A DNA stretch of 63,829 bases, the filler included, from Octopus bimaculoides (lineage: Eukaryota), in assembly GCF_001194135.2 (NCBI RefSeq). It is 6 parts of 6 records of this genome, joined end to end, with 100 filler letters (N's around TTAATTAATTAA, not from the genome) between each part and the next. Parts side by side here need not be neighbours in the genome. Positions count along the whole stretch, not along the records: positions 25,390 to 48,362 come from NC_068991.1; 5 more parts are not named here. One strand, 5' to 3'. A program made the translations under genes and the position numbers. This document shows, piece by piece, positions 25,444 to 38,792 of the stretch; positions within the stretch are counted from its first letter, which is position 1, and each line of letters starts with the position of its first letter. A model generated the notes under the pieces. The model was given only the letters and a program-made list of their open reading frames with translations. It did no database searches and was not told the DNA's origin.

Positions 25444-26193
25444 CACATACATAGATATATATGTACACATATATACATGCATATATATATTTATACATAT
25501 ATACACACTATACACACATATATATTCATTATCAAGTAACAAACTGAGGAAAAGAAACCCTTCAAAGGGCTGTGTTAAACATTCAATTCATTGGTACATC
25601 AGTTGGATGCCATATAAATATTGGCATAATTCAATTATAAAGATAAATTAAATGTAGAGATATTCAACTGACAATCCAATAATTTATTTATATCACAATA
25701 TTACACTTTATACTTTGAATATGATATACACCATAACATAATATTATATAACATAATATAAAAACCATAAAAGGCCAAGAAATTGTTTTGACTTAGATAT
25801 ATTTTTACTGGTGTATATAATCACAGCTCCATTACATGGAATTTTGTCTTTTTCTGAAGCCAAAGACCCTGAAGTGACTATATGTATAATGAAACTGTGA
25901 TTATGTGTATAAGGAAAAATATATATAAGTTGAAACAATTTGTTGGCTGTTTATGGTTTTATTTATGTTATGTAATATTATGTTATATTATATATTATAT
26001 CCATAGTATTTCATGTATCATTGTAATATAAATAAATTATTGGATTGTCGATTGAAAATCTCTATATTTCATTTATCTTTATATATACATATATATACAC
26101 ACATATATACTTATATATACATATAAATCTATACATATATATATATATATATATACATATATATATGTGCAGATATATATACATATATATACA

Positions 26194-26270
<77 letters not shown>

Positions 26271-26439
26271 GTGTGTGTGTGTGTGCATGCATGTATGTAT
26301 ATGAGATAGCAGTGAACGTATTAAACTGAAAGTATCTCGCATTACAATAGAGATGTTATTGTTTCACATAATACTGAAATAGTATAAAAGATAAGAGAGT
26401 GCTTGGGGCTTGCATTAGGCAAGAAGATGAAAATTTGTT

Positions 26440-26588
26440 TTGCCCATGACACTGCATGGACCCTAATTAAGGCATGTGTAAAATTTGTATGAAATTGGTT
26501 GGGTAATTCTCAAGTTTTAGTGATGCACATATACAGACAGACAGACCGACAGATAGACAGACACATTCTCAGTATTATGTATATTGAT
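26440..26588 (+). mobile_element. Possible Helentron/Helitron-associated non-autonomous element 3' end
   Basis: gtgtaaaatttgtatgaaattggttgggtaattctcaagtt...(acag)n acacatt...tatattgat resembles the DINE/HINE-type terminal motif. Confidence 0.45.
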
Positions 26589-26688
26589 GTAGAACACAAT
26601 CACTTAATTACATAATGAGGAGACAGAATTAGAGGTGCCAATAATACAGGAGTTGGAGTTGAAGTTTTTTTTCGACTCCACAGCCCTA

Positions 26689-26727
<39 letters not shown>

Positions 26728-26750
26728 CACACACACACACATACATACAT

Positions 26751-26968
26751 GTGGCAGAATTGTTAGTGCGCTGGCTGAAGTGCTTAGTGGTATTTCATTT
26801 GCCATTACATTCTGAGTTCAAATTCTACCAATGTCGATTTTGCCTTTAATCATTTTGGGGTCGATTAAATAAGTACCACTTAATCACTGGGGTAGATGTA
26901 ATCAGCCTAATCCCTTTCTCTTTGTTTGCTCCTCTATGTTTAGCCCCCCTGGGGGCAATAAAGAAATA
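26751..26968 (+). mobile_element. SINE family C (degenerate)
   Basis: gagttcaaattct...ttttgcctttaatcattttggggtcgattaaataagtacc. Confidence 0.7.
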
Positions 26969-27012
26969 TATATGTATACATATATGTACATATATATNNN
27001 NNNNNNNNNNNN

Positions 27013-27075
<63 letters not shown>

Positions 27076-27327
27076 TATACACACATATATACTCACACAT
27101 ATACACTCTTGTATACGCAGAAAAAATATATACATACATATACACATACACACACATATATGTACGCATATACACACATAAACATGCCTGCGAACACTTA
27201 TACATAGATTCGCACTAATATATACACACACCTACAAAACGCAAATGCGCATAGATGAATATGTAGACACATATATTTGTATATATATGTACATATACAC
27301 ACATGCACACACACACACACACACACA

Positions 27328-27394
<67 letters not shown>

Positions 27395-27434
27395 ATACAT
27401 GTACACATATGCATATACACACATATACACATAC

Positions 27435-27515
<81 letters not shown>

Positions 27516-27539
27516 TATATGGATCTAGATTGCAAGATC

Positions 27540-27940
27540 ATATGTCAAATACAAGTTATTCAAATATACTTCCTCAAGTTCACGTGTATTAAGAGTTGTG
27601 GGTGCCATGTATACATCAAGTTACGTATTGCCTGGATTGTAGTATGTGAATGTGTGTTTAGTTGTGTGTAGGCATCTGGGTAATTGTTCAGTGAATTTAT
27701 TTATACTGAGCCCCTTTGTTAACATTATTGAGAGTGACTCGTTGGAGCATAATTGGCGTATGCGGGAAAAAGTGTTGTAGGGACTTGCGTGTCTAAGTAT
27801 GGACCATGTAAGGTCATATTTTGTCTTCGCTTGCTTGAATTTTATTGGCTACAACAGATGTTTCGATACATTTCTGGTCTCTTCGGGTACATTAATAAAA
27901 AGTCTCACTAGATATTTATTGAGTCGGCTTACATACCGCT
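27540..27940 (-). mobile_element. Possible PLE remnant (pLTR with degenerate HHR plus endonuclease tail)
   Basis: Minus strand ccgaagagaccagaaatgtatcgaaacatc resembles a decayed hammerhead, and [12 protein letters not shown] resembles a GIY-YIG C-terminus. Confidence 0.35.
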
Positions 27941-27955
27941 ATATGTCCATATATG

Positions 27956-27998
<43 letters not shown>

Positions 27999-28989
27999 AT
28001 CAAAGCTTAGCTGAGTTAGAGGTTAAAATAACTGTCTAAGGAATAGAAGTATCTATTATACTACCGGTATCTTACCTATGTTTAACCATGGGCATACATA
28101 TGGAAGCATATTATGCTCATAAATTATAGGTAACGACAAGGATAAACATGAGCTTATCAAGAACTAAAATTTAAAGAAAACAGAAAATGGAGAAATATTG
28201 ATGAACAACAATTGACTTACATCAATTATTATTTTTCAGTTCAATACAAATAGACTGCATCCCATCTAACAGCTGCTTCTGCTTCCAGTGTATTATGGTA
28301 TTGCCATTGATATGCTAAAAATATTTATCATATTTGGTAATATAACAAATCTGAAACAAAGAGCTTCATCAGAGTGAAAAATAAATATAAAGAAGAGCAG
28401 AGAGAAGAAAAAGGGACAAGTTGAATATGGTTGTAATCATACCATTTTGCCTGTGCATCTCTTTGGGACATTAAGTAAATGACTAAATTTAAAATAGTAA
28501 TTGGTGGATCAATCCTTTGTATGGGGGGTAGAGTATGGATAGTGGGATATGCCAATAGGTTTTAGTTGGAGAAGGGGTGAAGATACAATAAAGTCTTAGA
28601 TTAATCATAATAATTTATAATAATTATGCTTGTAGTACTAATTAATGGTATTTATCATAATAAAGTGCTAATCGATCAAATGTAATTTTTTATTTATTTA
28701 CTAGCTCTTCCACCTGTTGTCTGAAGTGAGATAGGCCAAGGTCCAACATTCGATGTAATTGGTCAGTTGAAATTTAAAAACAAAAGACCAACTATTGAGA
28801 CTGTTGTACAGGGTAAAATAAAAATATAAATGAATGGGAAAATAGCATATGTTGTAAGGGGCCCTAAAACACTTAGGATAGTACATACTAGACTAAAAAG
28901 ATAATATTATGGAATAATATCAAGAGAGAAACTCTTCAGACATTTAGGAAGTAAGATGTTTGGGGGTGAATATGGTCCAAAAGTTTTTT

Positions 28990-29699
28990 AAATGGTGGAC
29001 TCTTCTTTGTTGTCATGTCTTACAAATTTTGGATTGAATAGTGACTGGTGATGAGAAATATGTTCTCTATGAAAATGTCAAGGGCCAAAGACAGTGGGTT
29101 GGGAAAGGAGAAACACCGGCACCCCACTCTAAAGGTCTTCACTTATGTAATGTATTGTTATCTGTTTGGTGGGATATGAAAGGTTTAGTCCACTTTGAAC
29201 ACTTAAACTCAAACCAAATGATAACAAAGGAAATCTATTGCAAGCAGCTTGAACGGCTTAAGTTAGTGCTAGAAGAAAAATGACTCTCTTTGGTTTCAAG
29301 ATGAGAAATGACCATCTTGGGTTTCCATCAGGATAATGCTTGGCCATATACAGCAAGGATGATATTCCAAAGGTTGGAGTAGTTTGAATGGGAAACGATG
29401 CCCCACCCAATATATTTGCCGGATTTTTCCCCATCTGATTGTCATTTATTCTGCAGTCTTCAAAATCTTTTGGACGGAAAAAATGTGAATTCTGTAGATG
29501 AGGTCAGAACAGGACTGGAGGAGTATTTTTCATCACGGACAAGCGAATTTTGGAAGGAGGGGGCCTTGCAAGCCTACCAGATAGATGGAACAGCATTGAA
29601 GAAAATGAAGGAGGTATATTTTAGATTAAAAAGCAACTTTGTATATCTTAATTTTGAAAAAGGAAAAAATATAAAAAAACCCACATTATTTGTGGGATG

Positions 29700-29707
<8 letters not shown>
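28990..29707 (+). mobile_element. Mariner transposon, 5'-truncated, with right TIR
   Basis: VTGDEKYVLYEN, VLLSVWWDMKG, FHQDNA, HPIYLPDFSPSDCHLF (mariner DD(34)D-type catalytic domain with stops); TIR-like ...cccacattatttgtgggatgatccaata followed by TA. Confidence 0.92.
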
Positions 29708-29746
<39 letters not shown>

Positions 29747-29792
29747 TCCACCTTGTTTCACATTTATGTGCTTACTCCGGTATATATATATT

Positions 29793-30750
29793 ATTCTAGA
29801 GTACGTTGTCTTATCTTCGAAACGTCTAGATAGAATAGAGACAGCTGATGAAGGGATATTCCAAGTGGCTTTCCGTTTTCCTATGTGTTCGTTCCGTTGT
29901 CTGTAGTTTATTGTTCTAACGTCCTGTACCCTGATATGCATATATATACACATGTAGATGTAAGTATGTACATATATGTGTGTATACATGTATATATATT
30001 CCTTGTATTATATATATATATATATGTANNNNNNNNNNNNNNNNNNNNNNNNNNNNNNNNNNNNNNNNNNNNNNNNNNNNNNNNNNNNNNNNNNNNNNNN
30101 NNNNNNNNNNNNNNNNNNNNNNNNNNNNNNNNNNNNNNNNNNNNNNNNNNNNNNNNNNNNNNNNNNNNNNNNNNNNNNNNNNNNNNNNNNNNNNNNNNNN
30201 NNNNNNNNNNNNNNNNNNNNNNNNNNNNNNNNNNNNNNNNNNNNNNNNNNNNNNNNNNNNNNNNNNNNNNNNNNNNNNNNNNNNNNNNNNNNNNNNNNNN
30301 NNNNNNNNNNNNNNNNNNNNNNNNNNNNNNNNNNNNNNNNNNNNNNNNNNNNNNNNNNNNNNNNNNNNNNNNNNNNNNTCTACTTCAGATTTGCGTTTGG
30401 CCGTACGGCTTTTGAATGTTGTTTTCACTGTCCATTTTTTCCTGTCTTGGTTTGTGTTTGCCACCTTGGAATCCTCTGTGTAGTGGGTTGATCCACTATT
30501 CAGGAAGAGACTATTCTAGAGTACGTTCTGTCTTATCTTCGAAACGTCTAGATAGAATAGAGACAGCTGATGAAGGGATATTCCAAGTGGCTTTCCGTTT
30601 TCCTATGTGTTCGTTCCGTTGTCTGTAGTTTATTGTTCTAACGTCCTGTACCCTGATATGCATATATATACACATGTAGATGTAAGTATGTACATATATG
30701 TGTGTATACATGTATATATATTCCTTGTATTATATATATATATATATGTA
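29793..30750. repeat. Direct repeat of about 236 bp on both sides of a 350-N gap
   Basis: attctagagtacgtt(ct)gtcttatcttcgaaacgtctagatagaatagagacagctgatgaagggatattcc... at about 29793-30028 and about 30512-30750; a 2-nt indel separates the copies. Confidence 0.85.
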
Positions 30751-30840
30751 TACATATAAGCATATATAGATGTATATATATGTATATATAGATATATATG
30801 CATATATATATATGTATATATGCATATATATAGATATATA

Positions 30841-31003
30841 CACTCTCTGAGTGGTTGGCGTTAGGAAGGGCATCCAGCTGTAGAAACTCTGCCAAATTAG
30901 ATTGGAGCCTGGTGTAGCCATCCGGTTGCACCAGTCCTCAGTCAAATCATCCAACCCATGCTAGCATGGAAAGCGGACGTTAAACAATGACGATGATGAT
31001 GAT
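30841..31003 (+). mobile_element. Family D (RTE-tailed) 3' part
   Basis: ggttggcgttaggaagggcatccagctgtagaaac...ccaacccatgctagcatggaaagcggacgttaaac followed by a (GAT)n tail. Confidence 0.85.
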
Positions 31004-32029
31004 ATATGCATATATATATATATATGTATATATGCTTATATAGAGATATATATACATACATACATATATATTTATAGACAGGGTAGACACCAATAATCGA
31101 CAAGTTAACTTCATTAATCGTTAATCCATTAGTTCTTTGAAAATGTAAGGGAAGTTAACATTAATCTGTTAATGTTAACTTTTATGGAAAAAATAGCATA
31201 ACTACAGTTTAATACACCACTGACTTTGTTGCCTCACAACTTAAAAAAAAATGAATACTTTTTAAAGAAACTTTCACCAAATAATCGCTTATATCCTGTA
31301 GATTGAGTGTATGTAAATATTTGTTGGAAACAATTTTGCAAGAGGTTGGGGAGAAGAATTTTGAAAAATTCACAGGACTCAACATTTTCCTCCTCATAAC
31401 TTTCTAGAAAATATGTATTTTTAAATGAAATTTTATTCAAATACCTTTCAAATAGTGTAGATTACAATTACAAAGAAATTTGTAGGTAAACTTTTTGGTA
31501 GGGGACGGGTGAGGGTGGAGTTTATGGAAAACAGTTTCAAATCAGACAGCCTACATAGGTTGGAATTTTTCCATTTTGATGGGGTTTTTTTCCTATGTTT
31601 TTCACCAAAGTCTTTAGAATGATGGGAGGCATCTTTTCATAAAAAAAAAAGAAAAAAAGTTTGATAATTTTTTTCAACTAATGCTTCCCCTACTTCCCCT
31701 GCAGGCTGAAACGATTTTGGCCATTTTGTTTTTCCAATACACACTTAAAACCTGTGAGAGAAACATTTATGGTTTAAAAAAAAATTGCTAATAATTTGAG
31801 AGGGAAATGTGTGATTTAAGGGAGATCTGGTTGTTGTTTCTACCACATCCCAAGACCTTCCTCGTTTCTTTCTCACTCACACATCTATTGAGATTTTTTC
31901 TATATTTTGCTCCCCATAAGCAAATTTTATTGGAATCATGATGTCAAAGTAACACACATGTAGTCCCAACTGAGCAAGGCTGTGTTGTGTGTGTGTGTAA
32001 AAAAATAGACACCTAAAAACATCTTTACT

Positions 32030-32385
32030 GTTCATATTAATCTGTCAAATGTAATGCTTATTCATGTTATTTTGAATTATTTAGGTTCAAGAGGGGTGTC
32101 CACAATATTTGTTTGTAACTTTGTAAATTCTTTACATACAGATTTGAAATTTTATCAGTGGGTGCTTTATCTACCATTGGTTTGTAGTTATGTAATTTTA
32201 GCTGATCTTGGACCAGTTTCGTTTGTGGATCTCTTTGTGGATTGATTTCCATTTTGCTTTATAGAAATTCAGGTTCAATAAGGCTTGAATCTTCCTGATA
32301 GGGTAGATACCAGCAGTTCATGCAGGACCATAAGGTGTTCAACAATGTTGTGATCTGAGAGTGCTGTTGATGTCACCTTCACATT

Positions 32386-32448
<63 letters not shown>

Positions 32449-32453
32449 CATAC

Positions 32454-32486
<33 letters not shown>

Positions 32487-33200
32487 CATATGTACATATA
32501 CATACAAATATATATATTCACACACACACATATACATACATACATCCCATGTCTGTTGATTGTGGTGGTCTTGTGCAGTGGGGGCAAGGTTCCTTGTTTG
32601 TGCATAATGTAGCCACAGTCTTTTGCGCCATGCACAAAAAAGACTCTTGCTCAGCTGCTGCCTTGTGAATAACATCTGAAGAGTGTATTGCATTTGTATA
32701 TTTTTTCTTTGAAGGAGATTGGTGCCTTTCCTCAGGGAAGTATTTCTCCTTAAGGCCCCTGTAGTTTTGGCAGGATCTCGGGTGAACAGACCAGCAGTTT
32801 GTACTGTCTTCTCCATGCCAACATTTGCCTTTCTTCTCGCCTCAGGCTTTTGGATTCTATTGGAGTCTCCATATTTGAGTTTTCAATTTTTTGTTTGGTG
32901 GTTTGGGGTTTCAGTTTTAGTTATTTCATTTTTTCCTTTTCCTTTTTCTCCTCTTCCTTCTTTATGTTTGTGCTCATGTTCTTTCCTTCCTTTTTTTGTG
33001 GTAGCATTTGCATTCCTCTGGTGTGAGGACTCTGTTCCTTTGTAGGACCTCTGGCACAGAGGTACTTCTGGTTGTTGCTTCCTTAGCTTCCCTATCCTTA
33101 TCAGTCTTGCCACAGTAGTTTTCCATGATGGCATCAAGAGTGTCAATGTGTGGTCTGATAAGGGCATAGGATTGGATGAATTCATTTTTCTTCTGCTCTA
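32030..33200 (-). mobile_element. Degenerate LINE 5' region (APE-like), interrupted by a microsatellite
   Basis: Minus strand [13 protein letters not shown] (the SDH motif of APE endonucleases) and a basic low-complexity upstream region; heavily frameshifted. Confidence 0.4.
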
Positions 33201-33349
33201 TCTGATCAATGGTTCTACAGAAGCCATTGCTCTTCGGTGCAGCAGTGATGGTGTTGTTTGGCGGATCGCCGCTAGCGATTACCCATGCTCACAACAGATG
33301 ATTCAACTCTTTGCTCTCCCACTTTAGCGCTTCTTTGTTTTCTAAGCCT

Positions 33350-33830
33350 AGGAGGGAGGAAAGGATAGAGAGGAAGTGAGAGACAGAGGGAGGGAGAGGG
33401 AAAGAGAGAGGGAGATATGAAGGAAAGAGAGAGGATGATATGAAGAAAGAGAAAGGAGGAATGGGGTGATAGTGAGACAAAATGAAGGAGAGGAGAGAAA
33501 AAGTGGGATGAATAAAACGGAGAGTGAGAGAGGTAGATGTAGAGAGAGCGACAAAGGGAGGGATAGGGAAGTGGGAAAAGGAGGAAGATATGAAAGGGAG
33601 GGAGAGACAGAATGAGAGAGGGAGATGAGAAAAAGAGGAAGATATGGGAGAGGGAGAGAGGTAGGTGTAAAGAGAGATAAAGGGAGGGAGGGAGAGAGAA
33701 GGAGGAGAAAAGGAGGAAGATATGTGAGGGAAGGAGAGGGGAGAGAAGAGGTAGATGTGAAAGAGAGAGGGAGAAGCTGGTATCGAGGATATGAAGGAAA
33801 GTGAAAAACAAAAGGTATAAATCAAGAGGG
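33350..33830. repeat. GA-rich purine low-complexity tract
   Basis: Direct reading; gives spurious S/L/P/F ORFs on the minus strand. Confidence 0.85.
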
Positions 33831-34457
33831 CTGCTGTAAAAAAGGACAAAGTGAAAAAACGATAGCGAAAAGAAATGGGTTTTGTAACGAATTCGCTACC
33901 ATAAATTTTTCAAATACAATGTAAATAAAGAGGGTCACTGTAGGAAAAAATAAATGAAAAACCATAGTGAGAAAAAGAAAACGTTATGTAACGAATTCGC
34001 TACCTTAAATTTTCAGAGTGTAAACAAACAATAAATCTTAGCTCAAATCGTCATCCAGTATTACCAAAGATGAAAGAAAATGAACAAAATAAGTAGGATA
34101 CTTATTCCCAAGAGGTAAAATTCCAATCCTTGTTCTTGTATGAAGAAGTTTTGTTTCAAATAAAAATCTTGTTACACACGGCCGCAAATGAAAGTACGAT
34201 TTATCACCATGTGCTTTCTTTGAGAATAACTCTGGCTCACTGAATTTAATGTAGTATATTAAACCTTTAATGTAATATATTAAGTTTTTTTTACCGTTAT
34301 ATTATAGTGGACCATTATGGAATAAAAAATACCATGTATTTTGTCAGATTTAGTAGATTTTTTTGTCAATTTAGGGAATACCCCTTGGTTGTTTCAGGAG
34401 CATGAAAAGCATGGCTTTCACAACAAAACTGGAAGCATATATTTATATTCATATATA

Positions 34458-34789
34458 TCATCATCGTTTAACGTCCGCTTTCCATGCTAGCATGGGTTGG
34501 ACGATTTGACTGAGGACTGGTGAAACCGGATGGCAACACCAGCCTCCAATCTGATTTGGCAGAGTTTCTACAGCTGGATGCCCTTCCTAACGCCAACCAC
34601 TCAGAGAGTGTAGTGGGTGCTTTTACGTGTCACCCGCACGAAGGCCAGTCAGGCGGTACTGGCAACGGCCACGCTCAAAATGGTGTATTTTATGTGCCAC
34701 CCGCACAGGAGCCAGTCCAGGGGCACTGGCAATGATCTCGCTCAAAAATCCTATGAAGGCCAGTCAGGCGGTACTGGCAACGGCCACGC
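34458..34789 (-). mobile_element. Family D element (cut by gap)
   Basis: Reverse complement of 42540-42786. Confidence 0.85.
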
Positions 34790-35160
34790 NNNNNNNNNNN
34801 NNNNNNNNNNNNNNNNNNNNNNNNNNNNNNNNNNNNNNNNNNNNNNNNNNNNNNNNNNNNNNNNNNNNNNNNNNNNNNNNNNNNNNNNNNNNNNNNNNNN
34901 NNNNNNNNNNNNNNNNNNNNNNNNNNNNNNNNNNNNNNNNNNNNNNNNNNNNNNNNNNNNNNNNNNNNNNNNNNNNNNNNNNNNNNNNNNNNNNNNNNNN
35001 NNNNNNNNNNNNNNNNNNNNNNNNNNNNNNNNNNNNNNNNNNNNNNNNNNNNNNNNNNNNNNNNNNNNNNNNNNNNNNNNNNNNNNNNNNNNNNNNNNNN
35101 NNNNNNNNNNNNNNNNNNNNNNNNNNNNNNNNNNNNNNNNNNNNNNNNNNNNNNNNNNNN

Positions 35161-35895
35161 NATACTGAGGACATTCCGAACAAGGGATCAAAAAGTCATG
35201 TTGACTCTATGGAGGACATTTGTTTTGAGCCGCCTAGACTATTGCTCTCAGTTGTGGTCACCACACAGTGTCAAGCTGACAGCAGAACTTGAGGCAATTC
35301 AGCGTCACTATACAAAAAAGATCGCCACAGTCCAACAGATGAACTACAGGGAGCGACTGAAAGCACTAGGTCTCTACTCCTTGGAGCACAGGCAGGAGAG
35401 ATATGTAATAATATACATATGGAAAATACTGGAAGGACTAGTACCAAACTTTGGCATCACGTACTACACGAATGCCCGCACAGGTCGCCACTGCATAGTA
35501 CCAAGGGTACCGTCCACTGCATTTCACATAAGAACAAGGTACTGCAACAGCTTCGGTTTCAAAGGACCTCAGCTCTTTAATGCCCTGCAAAAATAATTGA
35601 GAGACCTGCAAGACATGGATATAGAGGTCTTCAAAACAAAACTCGATACTTTCCTATCCACAATACCAGATGAACTGATGGCTCGAAATGAGACACAGTT
35701 GAGGGCAGCTATGTCAAATTCTCTTATACAGCAGATGTGCCATCAAAACTCTTGATTGGACTACATCAGGTGGCGGAGAAGAGCCATGTAAGGAACGTGC
35801 AGAGAGCACAGAATAAGGAGAGAAAGTCATGGTGGGGCTCCAGCACGACTGCAGCCACTTGGCTGAAACACATAAATAAATAAATAAATAAATAA
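35161..35895 (+). mobile_element. CR1-clade LINE 3' fragment with (TAAA)n tail
   Basis: LTLWRTFVLSRLDYCSQLWSP...LEAIQRHYTKKI...YRERLKALGLYSLEHRQERY. Confidence 0.92.
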
Positions 35896-35976
35896 AATAC
35901 ACACACACACGCATATATATGTACCTTTATATGTTTATACATATATCTATATACATACATTTGTATGTTTATACAT

Positions 35977-36022
<46 letters not shown>

Positions 36023-36818
36023 NNNNNNNNNNNNNNNNNNNNNNNNNNNNNNNNNNNNNNNNNNNNNNNNNNNNNNNNNNNNNNNNNNNNNNNNNNNNNN
36101 NNNNNNNNNNNNNNNNNNNNNNNNNNNNNNNNNNNNNNNNNNNNNNNNNNNNNNNNNNNNNNNNNNNNNNNNNNNNNNNNNNNNNNNNNNNNNNNNNNNN
36201 NNNNNNNNNNNNNNNNNNNNNNNNNNNNNNNNNNNNNNNNNNNNNNNNNNNNNNNNNNNNNNNNNNNNNNNNNNNNNNNNNNNNNNNNNNNNNNNNNNNN
36301 NNNNNNNNNNNNNNNNNNNNNNNNNNNNNNNNNNNNNNNNNNNNNNNNNNNNNNNNNNNNNNNNNNNNNNNNNNNNNNNNNNNNNNNNNNNNNNNNNNNN
36401 NNNNNNNNNNNNNNNNNNNNNNNNNNNNNNNNNNNNNNNNNNNNNNNNNNNNNNNNNNNNNNNNNNNNNNNNNNNNNNNNNNNNNNNNNNNNNNNNNNNN
36501 NNNNNNNNNNNNNNNNNNNNNNNNNNNNNNNNNNNNNNNNNNNNNNNNNNNNNNNNNNNNNNNNNNNNNNNNNNNNNNNNNNNNNNNNNNNNNNNNNNNN
36601 NNNNNNNNNNNNNNNNNNNNNNNNNNNNNNNNNNNNNNNNNNNNNNNNNNNNNNNNNNNNNNNNNNNNNNNNNNNNNNNNNNNNNNNNNNNNNNNNNNNN
36701 NNNNNNNNNNNNNNNNNNNNNNNNNNNNNNNNNNNNNNNNNNNNNNNNNNNNNNNNNNNNNNNNNNNNNNNNNNNNNNNNNNNNNNNNNNNNNNNNNNNN
36801 NNNNNNNNNNNNNNNNNN

Positions 36819-36866
<48 letters not shown>

Positions 36867-37449
36867 TACACACACACACATTTATATATATATTTGTAAA
36901 TTCCTAGAAATATCCACACCCATGCCTACAAATATATAAATAGCTACACTATAAAGCAGAAACATAAACTATCACACGGACACCAACAACTGCATACACT
37001 TTCATACACACCCATATACAAACCCACTTTTATTGTTCAACACATGACATTGAACACAGCTAGAATATTAGCTACACACCAATAGTTTTTCGTTTCTCAT
37101 TTTGTTTTTGTACAGAAACTGTCCTCAAATAAGCATAGGTATTAAAACTCCCAATCCCTATTAATGAAACAAAAAGAATTATTCACATCTTAAATATGAT
37201 CCTGTGATACAATTATCTGGATGAATGGATATATATATAGACTGGTATTGTAAAGTAAGAAAAGAAGAATCTATCATGAAATGTTTTTACACATACCTGA
37301 AATTCCTCTGCCCCTTATAAAGTAACTGCTGTTGTGTGGGTCTAGTTAACTTCTACTTTGTTGATTGTTAAATGAAACACACAAACATACACATGCAACA
37401 AGATATTTTTTATAGCAAGAAATCTTAGAAATCTCATGTGTGTCACTAA

Positions 37450-37800
37450 AGGTAGCTGTGTGGTGAGAAACTTGCTTCCCAACTATATGGTTCCAGGTTC
37501 AGTTCCACTACATAGCCTCAGGCCGACCAAAGCTTTGTGAGTGGATTTGGTGGATAGAAACTGAAAGAAGTCTGATGTGTTTGTGCGTGTGTGCATGTGC
37601 ATTTGTCTCCCACCATTGCTTGACAACCAGTGTTGGTTTGTTTACGTCCCTGCAACTCAATGGTTTGGCAGTAAGAGTCCAATAAATTAAAAACAAGGCT
37701 TGGAAAAAAATAAATACTGGGGTTGATTCCTTCGACTAAAATAGTTCTTCAAGGCGGTGGCCCAGCATAGCTGAAGTCTAATGACTGAAACAGACAAAGA
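37450..37800 (+). mobile_element. SINE family B, both modules
   Basis: Aligns to 44355-44749 with a deletion in the CORE-like block. Confidence 0.75.
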
Positions 37801-37974
37801 TACATTTGGCAGATGGAAACTGATTGATATCTATATCTATATATATATATATATATATATAGATAGATATATATATAGATTGATTGATTGTGTGTACACC
37901 TTTGCTTTAACATCACATAGTGGTTGTAAATGATCATCACCATCAAACAAGATGTGTCATTTCTTTCCAATCTT

Positions 37975-38128
37975 CATCCAAAATCATATCTGGCTAGAGG
38001 AAATATTACCTTGCTTGGAAACAGATTAACATTGGCAGCATGAGGCCATCTGGCTATAGATAATCTGCCTCGACAAATTCTGTCTGACACATGCAAGCAT
38101 GGAAAATTGACCACTAAAATGATGATGT
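37975..38128 (+). mobile_element. RTE-like 3' end (degenerate)
   Basis: Ends cacatgcaagcatggaaaattgaccactaaaatgatgatg, similar to the family D/RTE tail. Confidence 0.55.
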
Positions 38129-38329
38129 TGGCGCACACACACACACACACATATATCTTCACAAACTTTTCCTTCTTTAAAATCCTTTTTTTTGAGTGGT
38201 AATCTTCTTGGATGTTCTTCAGAAACTATGCTATATTTATATGCTCTTAAAGTTTTCAAGCTATTCTTTAATCGTATAGAATTTGGATATGCATGTGTGT
38301 GTGTATGTGTGTGTTTATATATATATATT

Positions 38330-38528
38330 CTTTATTCTTGTTTGTCATTTGACTGTGGTCATACTGGAGCAATGCCTTGAATGGTTTCAGTTGAACAAAT
38401 TGATCCCAGGACTTATTTTTTAAGTCTAGTACTTATTCTATCGGTCTCTTTTACTGAACCTCTAATTTATGGGGATGTAAACACTCCAACACTGGTGTGA
38501 TGGGGAGATAAATACCGAAACAAAGACG

Positions 38529-38564
<36 letters not shown>

Positions 38565-38702
38565 GCTACTTTCAGTTTCTGTCTACCAAATCCACTCACT
38601 AGGCTTTGGTCAGCCCGAGACAATAGAAGACATTTGGTCAAAGTGCCATGCACCTTGAGCAAGTGAACCTGGTTGAGAATCAAGCTTCTTACCATGCCTG
38701 TG

Positions 38703-38705
<3 letters not shown>
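38330..38705 (-). mobile_element. SINE family B, both modules, internal (TA)n
   Basis: Reverse complement matches 44355-44749. Confidence 0.75.

Positions 38706-38792
<87 letters not shown>

Noticed and set aside
28328-28555. 75-aa minus-strand ORF (also 25744..25938 and 19973..20206)
   Set aside because: Short, no recognised domain and no consistent splice boundaries.
34641-34789. Repeated aaggccagtcaggcggtactggcaacggccacgc
   Set aside because: The second copy runs directly into a gap; probably an assembly or haplotype duplication inside family D.
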